64,000 bases of DNA from Okamejei kenojei (Eukaryota), in the NCBI GenBank assembly GCA_035221665.1, contig CM069163.1, positions 20,026,001 through 20,090,000 on the forward strand, given 5' to 3'. The notes under the pieces were generated by a model. The model saw only the letters and a program-made list of their open reading frames with translations. It made no database searches and was not told the DNA's origin. Each line of letters starts with the position of its first letter. The stretch's first letter is position 1. A program made the position numbers and the translations under genes. Positions 27,501 through 39,500 of the stretch are shown here, piece after piece.

Positions 27501-30500
27501 ACACCAGCACGGCCGTTGTGGGAACAATTCATGCACGCTGATCGCTCCAGGGCACTGCTGGTAGCTCTTCTAGTGACGGAACCTTGGAGTTCCAGTGCCA
27601 TAATCTGAGCCACAAACCAGCATCAGAAAGCACTGATACAAAAGTAGAAATGATAATACTTGTTACCTGAGTTTGTTGTACTGAGGATGTAAAATTGTTC
27701 CACACAGTCACTCTACACCAATCAGCTGGCAGGAGGGGACAGAGCACGGGCAATGAAGAGGCTTCGGGTTCCACCACTAGGAACAACCCAGGTCAGGCAT
27801 ACAATTCGTTGATGTATTGGAGCAAGTGTGCACACAGATGTGAGCAGATGCATGTAATGGAATGACAGTGCAGTCATTGTGTTGCACGCATTTTAATGAC
27901 AGTGAATGGATGCTTTGCATGTCTTACTAACATTACTTGCTTAAGCATTAGTGAATAAGGTTATGCATTCTATGTGTGGGCACCGTGCCTTAGATGTGTG
28001 GGCTGGTGATCTTATTTGTGTGTGTTTTTTTGCTTACATGGAAGGGTGCGGTCAAAGTATGTATATTAGTGTCAAGTTTATTGTCATATATGCACCATTA
28101 CAGTGAGGTACAGATACAATGAGAATCTTGTTTGCAGCACTATTACAAGCACTGACTCAGACAACACAGAAGCAAATTATATATAAATTGCACCAATTCT
28201 GTAAGACATCGAAAAGGAAAATATGGTGTAAAAAAAATGTAAGGCATTAGCACAAAACACAATTAGAAAGCAAGTCTGTGGTAGTGCACGAGGTGATCTC
28301 TAGTTTTCTGTTGCCGAGGTAGGATTAGAGTTGTGCTGGTCAGTTCAAGAACCTACTGCCTGTAAGTAGCTGTTCCAGAACCTGATGGTGTGGGATTCAG
28401 GCTTCTGTACCTCTTGCCAAACGGTAGCAGCGGGAAGAGGACATAGTCCAGATGGCGGGATCCTTGAAGATAGAGGCCACCTTCTTGAGGCAGTGTCTCG
28501 TTAGATGCTCTCAATGGTGGGGAGAATACAAGCTGCTGCCAAATTGCAACATGGATTCTGCCCATCCAGAGGCTCGATAATTATGATCTTCTATCACAAA
28601 ATGCAGGGACCTACACGAGCAGCTGCATGTGGCATTGTTTGACCTCAAAGCCGATGATTCATCAGGAGGGATAATGAAACACTTTCTTCACATTTGTTTC
28701 CACATTATTTTGTGTTTGCATGCATGCCATGAAACTACAGCTGAGAACAAATCTGAGTGATGCAAGACCACCTCATTGACACAATTCATCTCACTGTAAT
28801 GTTCCACCTCATCCTCATGGGAGTAGAGCTAGTTTTCATATGTAACGCAATCTGGTCAACTGAAGGTTGCTGCACCCCACAGCAAGGGTTAGGTGCGCTG
28901 CACTATGCCGCTTTCCCTTGCATTTACAAGCAGTTGGAGACTGAGTCTCAAACTATCATCAAATCATTCATTGAAGCATGAGTAGATGGGCCTACTCTCA
29001 ACACCCGCAAGACAAACTGCCCTGTACCAACCTTTCTTCCCCCCCCCCCCCACCACACAACATTGTGGCAATAAAAGTTTACAAAACATGGATCACTTCA
29101 GCAGCATTTTGAGCAAAGATAGACATCCTTGACTTCTTCAGCGATACAGGAAAGCCTTTAGTCGAACGAGGAAGAGAGCATTTAAAGATCAAGACATCAG
29201 ACTTGAATAAAACTCTCAATATCAAGCATCCTCCAAAATGCTTCTGTAATCTGGACTACTTATCCTGACTTTGGACAATACCCCCACTGCTGCATCTGCA
29301 AAATCTCCAAATTCACTGGAAAGGAAAGTAAATCAACATAATTGTACACTCAGAGGGCCGCATCTCAAGCACCAAGGCCCCTGTGGCCCTCAGTCGCTAC
29401 ATTGGACAGGGAAAGCCATTCACACGTCCAACACCACACTCACAAGACAGACACCCTGTCAAAGGAAGAAATTCAAGGTGTGCTCAAAGCTCCTAACACC
29501 ATCCCACTGACTAATGGCACCTCTGGCCCGTGACTGCTGAGAGTGGATAAGGAACAATGGGATTCTAAGGAGGGTATGGGAGCCATGCATCAGGAACATC
29601 TGTGTAAATGGTGGCAGCTCCGCCTAATGTCACCAACTACTCACCTGCACATCCTGCCCCAGCCATGGAATAGCTCTGCCCGCCCCATGGCCACGACAAA
29701 ACCCTTTAGATCTTAAAGGGGTGTATACAATCAGGAGGGGAATAGATAGGGTGAATGCACAGAGTCCTTTTCCAGGGGAAATCAAGGACCTAAGGAGGTA
29801 GATTTAACATGAAGGAGGCAAGATGGTGGCATTAGGAACGTGGGGCAACTTGTTCCACTCAGAGGATGGTGGGACCATGGAACAAGCTGTCAGAGGAAGT
29901 AGTTGAGGCTGGTACAAAAACATTTAAAATACACTTTAAAAACATTTTTTTTAAAAACATTATAAAAAGGGCCTGTTTCATGCTGAATGATATGCTCTAT
30001 AAAACCCATCAAAGCTGAGTGGAAGTCATCAAGCCTGCAAAAGCACCCACGAAGCAGATGAGATCAGTGCAAGTGTATTATTGCATATTAATCTCAGTGT
30101 AGGAAACGCAGTTTGTGGTGTGTGCACGTGCTGCTTAAAGACATTATTAATGGATGAAAGAATTACATAAATGGTTGAAGTACTTTTCCAGTCTCCGCTG
30201 GCAATGTCTTGCATTGTGTCCCCCCCAGCCTACCCCAGTGTGGACCACCTTTCGTGTGGGAGTGCAGTGTGGACTCATTGTGGCATTATCTGTGCTGATA
30301 ATCATCAAAGGTAAGCACTTAGCATCAACCAACACGGGAAAAGGAGCACGGCGTCATTGTGTATTCCAGGCATATTTGTAAACAACACTACTGACAGGCT
30401 GACATGAATCATTCAATGGTGCATGCAGATCAAGTGACCAGAACAGACAGGAGCTCAGGTAACACAGGTCAGCACAACCCTGACTTCCAAAAGTGTCATG

Positions 30501-33500
30501 AAGAAAAAGAGGCGTAGATGATCACAGTGTCACAGAAGGAACTGCAGATGCTGGAGAATCGAGGGTACACAAAAGGCTGGAGAAACTCAGCAGGTGCAGC
30601 AGCATCTAAGGAGCGAAGGAGATAGGCGACGTTTCGGGTCGAGACCCTTCTTCAGACTGGTCAGGGATCAGGGAAACGAGAGATATAGATGGTGATGTGG
30701 AGAGATAAAGAACAATGAATGAAAGATATGCAAAAAAAGTATCGATGATAAAGGGAACAAGCCATTGTTTGCAAAAAAGTATCGATGATAAAGGGAACAA
30801 GCCTCCAGGCCCATTTTTTAAACAGAGTAACCTAATTTTCCCTGGAACTGCAGGTAATGTTATTCACTTGATCTCAGGATCAACAGTCCAGAAAGGGAGT
30901 GTAATCAGTTATTAGCTTTGGTGGTCTCCTTTGCAGAAATACTTTCACCAAGCTAAATATTTATAAGAAAAATGGCACGAAATACCTCAACTTCCAGGCA
31001 ACTTGCCTGTTTATTCTCCTCGCCTGCTTCGGACAGTAATTTAAGGAGCACAGACATTACCTTGGCCCATTCGGAAGGTTGCTAACTAGAGATGTACGAG
31101 CTCCAGAAGGTTTCATCCCATAAGCCCCTCAAGTTCTCCAATGATCGGTCAGTTGCCCTTATTCATGTACCAATCACCACTAAGCCCCCTCCCAGGTAAT
31201 CAGAACATGAATAGATTAATCACATGGCCAAGCCAATGCCTATGGCCCATTCATGCAGAGGAATATGTGGACATTAGGGCGCAGGGTTGCCAAACCTCCC
31301 GCGTTGACGTCTAGTCTTCAGGAAATGAAGAGTCCTCTTGTTGATGGGACCACAAACATTTTCCTCACTTACTGGAAGGAAACTCAGATGGGGATTTATT
31401 TTTAAACTAAAAGGACAAAAGTGATGAAAGAAAACTGCCAAGTTTTAGTTTAAAAATAAATCCCCATCTGAGTTTCCCATTGGCTGCAACAATGCGGAAG
31501 ATGGAAGAGAAAAGATGAGAAACACAAGGAACCGCAGATGCTGGAATCTTGAGCAAAACACAAAGTGCTGAGGGAACTCAGCAGGTCAGGCAGCATCCGC
31601 AGAGCAAACTCTAACCGATTACATGGCTGTTTGTTTTCCTCTAGTTCTCCATGTATCCCAGAAAGTCAGTGTGTGGCCCCTCCTGCGGGCTTACAGAGGC
31701 GGCTTCATTTTGATTGAGTTTGTCTTCCTCTTGGGAATTAACATCTATGGCTGGAGAAAGGCAGGAGTAAACCATTGCTTGATCTTTGAACTTGATCCCA
31801 GGAACCACCTCTCCCATCAGGATTTGTTTGAGGTAAGTCCGATGGAGCGTTGCATCTTAACGATAGGGAATGCAGCAGCCTATACAAGTTCAGACTACAA
31901 AGGGGATTGAGTCAGGGAGCAGGTGACAGGAGGTGGGCAGAGGTGTAGATGGAGAGAGAATATAAAGTAAATTAAAGCTCAAAGCTAAGTCTGCTCAAGA
32001 ATACTCCCCAATGTGGGTTCAGAAGATGTGGTGGTGTTCCTTTTGTGAACAGGTGGTGGAGAAATTCCTTTCATGATGTGAGAACAGTTTCAACACTAGA
32101 CTAGTTAACCGGGAAACAAACATTTTGTGCACCATTTCGGCATGCTTGCTAGAATCTAATGAGACAACTTGAGATGAGAGTCAGTGTCAATAAAGTCAAA
32201 AATAACAATTTGTAAGTCATCATAAATTTGTGGCAAAATTTGGGGCGGTCACAGTGGCGTAGCGGTAGAGTTGCTGCCTTACAGCGAGTGCAGCGCCACG
32301 AGACTCGGGTTCGATCCCGACTACCGGTGCTGTCTGTACCAAGTTTATACGTTCTCCCCGTGACCTGTGTGGGTTTTCTCTGAGATCTTCGGTTTCCTCC
32401 CACACTCCAAAGACATGCAGGTTTGTAGGTTAATTGGCTTGGTAAATGTAAAGATTGTCCCTAGTGGGTGTAGGACAGAGTTAATAAGCGGGGATCGCAC
32501 GTCGGCGCGGACATGGTGGGCCGAGGGTCCCATTTCCGCACTGTATTTCTAAACTAAACACAAAGTGCTGGAGGAACGTAACAGGTCAGGCTGCATCTGT
32601 GGAGGGAATGAACAGGTGACATTTCGGGTCAGAACCTCTTGAGTCTCAGCTTTGAGAAAGAGTCCCACAGCACTCCTGGAGAGATAACTTATTCAAAGCG
32701 GTTATACTTTGAGGAGAATTTGATGTGGAGCAGTAAAATGGGGACACAAGGAACTGCAGACCCAGGAATCTTGAACAAAACACAAAGTGCTGGAGTAACT
32801 CAGCGGGTCCGGCAGCATCTGTGGAGGGAAAGAATGCGATGTTTCAGGTTTAACCTTCTTCAGACTGTGAGATTCTCATTAAGGGGAGGAAGCTCTCCAT
32901 AACTGATCCAAAGTAAACAGGATTCCAGTTCCACATCAATGTGCTGGACTATGCTGAAGGTAGCCAGAAAACTTATTATTTCTATTAATTAAGGAGTTTA
33001 ACGAGCAAAATCTATATCCCACAAAAATATTTGATAGTACATCCCTTCCACCAAACCACCACTGCCCGAGGACATAAGGGCCTGTTCCACTTACATGACC
33101 TTTACAGGTGACTGCCGGCACCCGTGATAGGTCGCCGAAATTTTCAACATGTTGAAAATTCAGCGGTGACCAGAAAGACGCTACAACTCTTTGGAGACCT
33201 CTCACGACCATACAGGCGACACGTCGCGGGTGACCTCTCACAACCATACAGCCTGTATGGTCGTGAGAGGTCTCCTATGGTCACCTGTAAAGGTCGTGTA
33301 AGTGGGACAGGCCCTTTATTGGCATGGGAATAGCTGAGATTCTGACAGCGTGTCCTCACTAGAATAAGCCCTCATACTGACAGCTTGACACCTTCTCTCT
33401 TTCAGTTGGCAGGTTTCCTGGGAGTTCTCTGGTGCTTGAGTCTACTCGCCTGCCTATTCAGTGCTTACATCCACACTCCAATGTCAGTCAGTCCCTTGCT

Positions 33501-36500
33501 CCTGTATGGTTTCATGGTGCTTCTTCTCGTGAACCCAACCAAAACCTTCTACTACAAGTCCCGCATCTGGTTATTGAAGGTTCTGGTAAGTACACCAGCA
33601 GGCACGGCAAGTTGGGGAAAGCGTGCTTACACGTACTGTACGGCCTTCAATGGCTGTGGAGCAAATCTTCTGAGCCAATAAAGTACTTCTGAAAAAACAA
33701 GTCAAACTGCTGGAACAACTCAGCAGGTCGGGCAGCATCTGTGGAGGAAATGGCAAGGCAATGTTTTGGGTGTTGGGACCCTTCTTGAGACTGATTGCGG
33801 GGGGCGAAGGGGGGGGGGGTTGAAAGCTGGAAATTAGGTGGTGGTGAGGCAAAGCTAGGTGAGTGATAGGTGGATACAGGTTAAGGGTGGGGGGTTGATA
33901 GGCAGCTGGGTGGACAAAGGCTAGAAGTGAAGAGGAGACAAAAGGGAATCGGATAAATAGAGAAGAGGAATGAAATGTGAAGCCAGGCGTGATATACGTG
34001 GAAGTGGGCGGGGGTTGTTGGAAGAGGGGCAGTTACTGGGGAAAAATGCATGAGTACCAGGGTTGGGGTGGGCACAGGAAAGAGGGGGGCGGGAATTTGT
34101 TAATTAAATTTGGATAATTCAATGAAAAGGTCTAATTATCAAGCTGTGATTCTCCCTGGGTAAACAATTGCATTGTCCAACTATGACGCTGATTCTCCCT
34201 CAATAACTTGATCTTGGAACATCGACAAGTTCATCCTGATCACGTCAACTTGTTTGATGCAAGTGACTACAGAGAAACACATTTCGTAAAGGACCTCAGA
34301 GTAAAAGATCCTCTCGGAAGTTGCAATCGTGTAGTAGAATTTAACATTTGTCTCGGGAGTGAGAGACATGGGTTTGAAATAATCATTTTCCTCTCTGATT
34401 TCTTGCAAACAGTCCCGTGTAGTAACCGCCCCCTTCCGTAAAGTGGGTTTTGCCGATTTCTGGTTGGCCGATCAACTCAACAGCATGGGGCCAGTCTTCC
34501 TGGACCTCTGGTACTTGATCTGCTTCTATGGATTTGAGTTAAACTGGGAGAGTAACGAGGGTCTCCTGAGCCCACCTGCAGGTGAGAGATCACGTCAGAG
34601 CTGGACATAGTCATCTGCGACACCACACACATGACAACAGCATATTACTGAAGTAACAGGGGTGAAAAGATTCTTTATTTGTATTTGTTATCTGACGTTG
34701 AACACCAGCATCATCTCATGAACTCCCTGAACCACCATTGTCCTTGGTTTTAAAATTGCCCAATTGTGATGTATTCCCACATTATCCCCACATTATGACC
34801 AATTGATATTCAAAGGGTGACCCTCGTACAAGGTCCATGTTGTGTGCAATTGAAAGGAACCTGGATGTTCCATCAAGCAAGAATATCTTGTCCTTGGAAA
34901 TCACAAGGGAGGAATCCACCCAATGTACCAGTGAATCCAGCAGATTGCGTATATCGCAATCTCAGGATTGGTTGAGGGCTACAATCAGGGTCTTGATGGC
35001 GGGAGAATGGATCCAAGTCCGAGTGGTTTGTTTCCTGCTATCCAGAGGAATCATAAACATTCCTCTGCATTTCCAAACTAAACCCTGTAGCAGGATGTAT
35101 GGATGAATATTGTAGTTATGGTGTTACCGTGGCTGGTTGTTAAGGCTCAGCTTGTAAGCCCAGGATGCTGACGATGGGTGCTCAATGAGTGCATTGTTGC
35201 TGGAATGGAAGAGGTTGGGCATCCTCCTGTCATGTGGGGTCTTTTCTAGCAGCAGTGTTGCGTAAATTTTACTACTGACCAACATTTGCGAGTCTTCCTT
35301 TAATCTGAAAGCAAAATACTGCAGCACTAGAAATTGGGGAGGTGGGGAGGATACAAGACACGCTCAGAGTTCATACTTCAAATCCATAACATTCAGAGCT
35401 TTAAAACAAAATTAGACCAATTGTTCATTAACATGTATGATGAGCATCCTTCAATTGTCAGTTACATTTCTCATTTCACATCATTCTTTTTCTCTGGCAC
35501 AGATAAATTCATAACCAGTGGTAACTCCTATGGAATGACCTGCTTTATCCAATGTATTCCACCCTGGATCAGATTCACTCAGTGCCTCCGGAGATACAGG
35601 GACAGCCGGGATGCGTTCCCGCACTTAGCAAATGCTGGAAAATACTCCACGGTTTTCATTATGGTAACCTTTGCAGCTCTATACTCAACGGAGAAAGGCA
35701 AGTGAAATCAGTCTGTTGCCAACCTGGTGAGATCTAGTTGCAGTAAAACTCTAATAATCCATCATCTGGCTTACTCACGGATCGGGAATGTGAGCCAGGG
35801 GTCCAGAGTGCGGGTAGGGTGCCCAGGGTCTGGAATGCCACCTAGCAGTGGTTGGGATCCAGAACACCAGGGTTCAGGAACATTGCTGTGGGTTTGCAGC
35901 CAAAGCCAAAGTCCCGGGAGCTTGTACATTTCCTGCTGTTTAAACTTACTTGGTTCACTGGAAAATTTACTGTTCTACTGTGTAACATGTGAAAGGAACA
36001 TGCTTAGATAATAATGAGAGCAATGCCTAATGGTCTGGAAAATGGGCAGGTCGAGCACCAGATTAGTCCCAAGGGTGTGGGGTTAACAAGGTTTTACTAT
36101 CTCTGGGTTTTCACTCCATTTTGGAGCAATGTAAAAATTGCAGATACCTGTTACTCAGTGCCAGATTGAGAGTGCTGGTATCCCAGCACTGGGCATGGTT
36201 CAGACCTGCTGGTTACCATACGCACTGGTGCGCCTGATGCCATCAACATATATCGCCCACTTCTTGCCCAATGCAACTCTCAGCACTAAGGATCATATAT
36301 TACAGAAACAGGCCTTTCAGCCCAACTTGTCCATGCTGATCAAAGTGTTCCATCTAAGCTGGGTCCCATTTACCCAAATCCCTTCAAAACCTTTCCTATC
36401 CACGTACCTGTTCGAACCTCTTAAATGCTTTTATAGCACCCGAGCTGAAGATGGCTCTAAGGATATTTTCTTGGCAAAGTGCTGCATGGATTGTGAGATA

Positions 36501-39500
36501 GAGCAGTAGAGTCAGGCAGCACGGAAACAGGCCTTCAGCCCAACTAGTCCAGGCTGACCAAGGCGGCCCATCTAGTTGAGTCAAATTTACCGGCGTTTAG
36601 CCTTCCCTATCCATGTACCGAGAGTCATAGAATGATAGTGTGGAAACAGGCCGTTCAGCCCAACTTGCCCACACGGCCAACATCGCAGCTACACTAGTCC
36701 CACCTGCCAGCATTTGGTCCATATCCCTCCAAACCTGTCCTATCCATTCACCTGTCTAAATATCTTCTAAATAATAAGGGCAAACTTTTTTGGTCTTTGG
36801 CAGTGCAGACCTGAAGCTTTGTTATCCGTAGCAGGTTACTTTATCAAGGAGAAAAAGAGTTGTGCTTCCCCCCCCCCCCCCATTGCCATGGTTACATGCC
36901 ATGCTGTGGCATGCCGCTGAATATTTAAAAAAAATCACCAACAATCCCTCCGGGCGTTGGTCAGTAATCGGTTGTTTGTGAAGCTGAGTGAGTTTTCATG
37001 TGCACCTTCCTGCTCTCCCTTAGAACGCTCTCAGTTGACGGTTGGTGTAAAGGTTTACTTTTACCTGTGGGCTGTGACCACCTGTGTCAGCACCATTTTC
37101 ACCATTGGCTGGGACCTGAAGATGGACTGGGGTCTGTTGGACAGGAAGACCAAGGAGAACAAGTTTCTGAGAGAAGAGACAGTATACTATTACAAAGTAA
37201 GTGCACATTGATTGAAAGATACAGCACGGGATCAAACCCTGCAATCCATGCCAACCATTGATCACTTGTTGACAATAATTCTATCTTTTTCCACGTTTGC
37301 ATCCACTCCCTACACAATAGGAGTGATTTACAGAGGTTAATTAGTCTATGAAGCCTGCATGTCTAACCAACTTACACAAACAAGTTGGTTAAATACTAAG
37401 TAAGCGGAATATTTCTCTTCCAAGTCCTTGCTTTCTTGTGAAGGCATCATCCAAATTTAGATGAAATAGTGAAATTCCCACATCAGTGTACATTTTGTCT
37501 ATGAAATTTTATGCTGCCTATAATTCTGGCACACTGTGTGTCAACGTTCCCATTGTAATCTCCTCAGACCACCGAGTTCAAATCTTCCAAACTACCTGTT
37601 GACAATTACTGGAGTAACTTTTGAAAGGTTTGGATAGAGTCGAATGTGGGGGGAGTCTAGGGTTAGAGGTCATAGCCTCAGAATTAAAGGACCTTATTTT
37701 AGGAAGAACCACAGGTTTAAAATACAAGACGAGTGTGGAGGACATATGGAACGAGGTGGCAGAGGAGGTAGTTGTGGCAGTAACTATAATAGCATTTAAC
37801 TGATATTTGGATAGATACATGGATAGGAAAGATACAGGATATGGCTCCAAACGCAAGCAGGTGGGGCTAGCGTAGATGGGGCATTTTGGTCAGTATGGAT
37901 GAGTTAGGTGAAGGGCCTGTTTTAATGCTGTATGACTGACTATGTTAGCCACCTGTGTAATGGAGAACTATATGAATAGCACATACCACTGGTCACATGG
38001 TCTTTGGTGTTCTGGTACCTATACAGCATAGGATTTGACACCATATTAAACTGCCAACTCCATTGAACGATTGGCAAGATAGGTGTGGATTAGTGGAATC
38101 GGCATGTGCTATACCTTGAGACTCAGAAAGATGAGCACTGAAACAGGCCCTTCGGCCCACCAAGCCCCTGCTGACCATCAGGCATCCATTTACACTAATC
38201 GTATGTTATTCAAGTGTTTTATTCCTCCTACATTCTCATCAACTCCCCCAGATTGTAGCATTTACCTATGGACAGTTTACAGAGGCCAACGCGTACCTGG
38301 GATGCGTGTTGGCGTTGATGTAGGAGGAAACCTGCAGAGTTAAAGGGAGAACTTGCAAACTCCATGCAGCCAACACTTGAGGTCAGGATTGAACCACGTC
38401 AGAGGCAGTGACTTGACTGGCTGTGCCAATGTGTCACTCTGAACTGCAAAGAGAAAAAGCTGATGAGTTAGAGATCACAAGATGGGAGAAAAATGTAAAC
38501 TTAAGGGCCTGTCTCACTTGGCCGTCATTTACGCGACAGGCCGGTAGTGACTGACACGCGATGGTCGCGCGCCTCGTCACCTGTCATCATGCGCCTTCAA
38601 ATATTTTATCTGCTCTGCAAGTAGAATTAGTCAGCGTATTGACATAAATTGTTAAATGAAACATTGATAAAATTGTTTGTTGGAAAAATTCATTTACTTT
38701 TAAACTTTCTGAATTACTCCCAACAAACACTAAATTGTATTCCATTATAGCAGTTTGAGGGTTTGAACCCAGCTTAAGAATTAGTTTGCAAATTTTTAAA
38801 TTATTATTTTTTTTTTAAATGGTGTTAGTAAAATTGTTGGTGGTTATTTAAAAAAACAAACTAATTTGGTTACCAATGCTCGTTTAGGATATAAAACCTG
38901 CAATCCTCACCTGGATGTTAACTCTTGAAACATCCTTAACTAAATCCCGGAGCGCCGCGCGGAACTCCATACACCTCCGCACTTCCCCATGCGACCGTCC
39001 CACGCAGCCCACATGCTACCCACGTGGCTCAACACGACGACGAGGTCGCATAAATGGCGGCCAAGTGGGACAGGCCCTCTAGTCTGAACAAAGGTCCGAC
39101 CAGAAACCTTGCCAATCTACGTCCAGCACTTTGTCTCAGCCTCCCACTGGAGGGTGCTGCTGCTTCAGGGGGGAAGCACTGAACAGTGCACTGCGGTCTG
39201 GTGCTCTGATTGGATAGCATGCAAAACACTGCATCTAGGCCTAGTATGCGTAACAATAATAAGTCTAAACCTTTTGTGGAAAAACCATCGAGATGTTTTT
39301 CTCTCACAACTAAAATAAAACATTGACTGCTGGGAATTTCTCCAAAAGTATAACAGATAATTAAAACACTTGAAACATTACAAAAGACAAAGGGCTTAAC
39401 AATTAAATACATAAAAATATTCAAAAAAACCATGTGACCTGAAACTTGCCTCTCTTCCTCTGAACCATCGAACTCAATTGGTACAGGTTTAGCAAGAGTC

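Noticed and set aside
30730-30803. 33-bp tandem duplication gcaaaaaagtatcgatgataaagggaacaagcc
   Set aside because: Slippage or template jump at the truncated end of a Penelope fragment; no independent significance.
32242-32325. tRNA-like A/B boxes
   Set aside because: Head of a SINE, continuous with SINE body and tail; not a tRNA gene.
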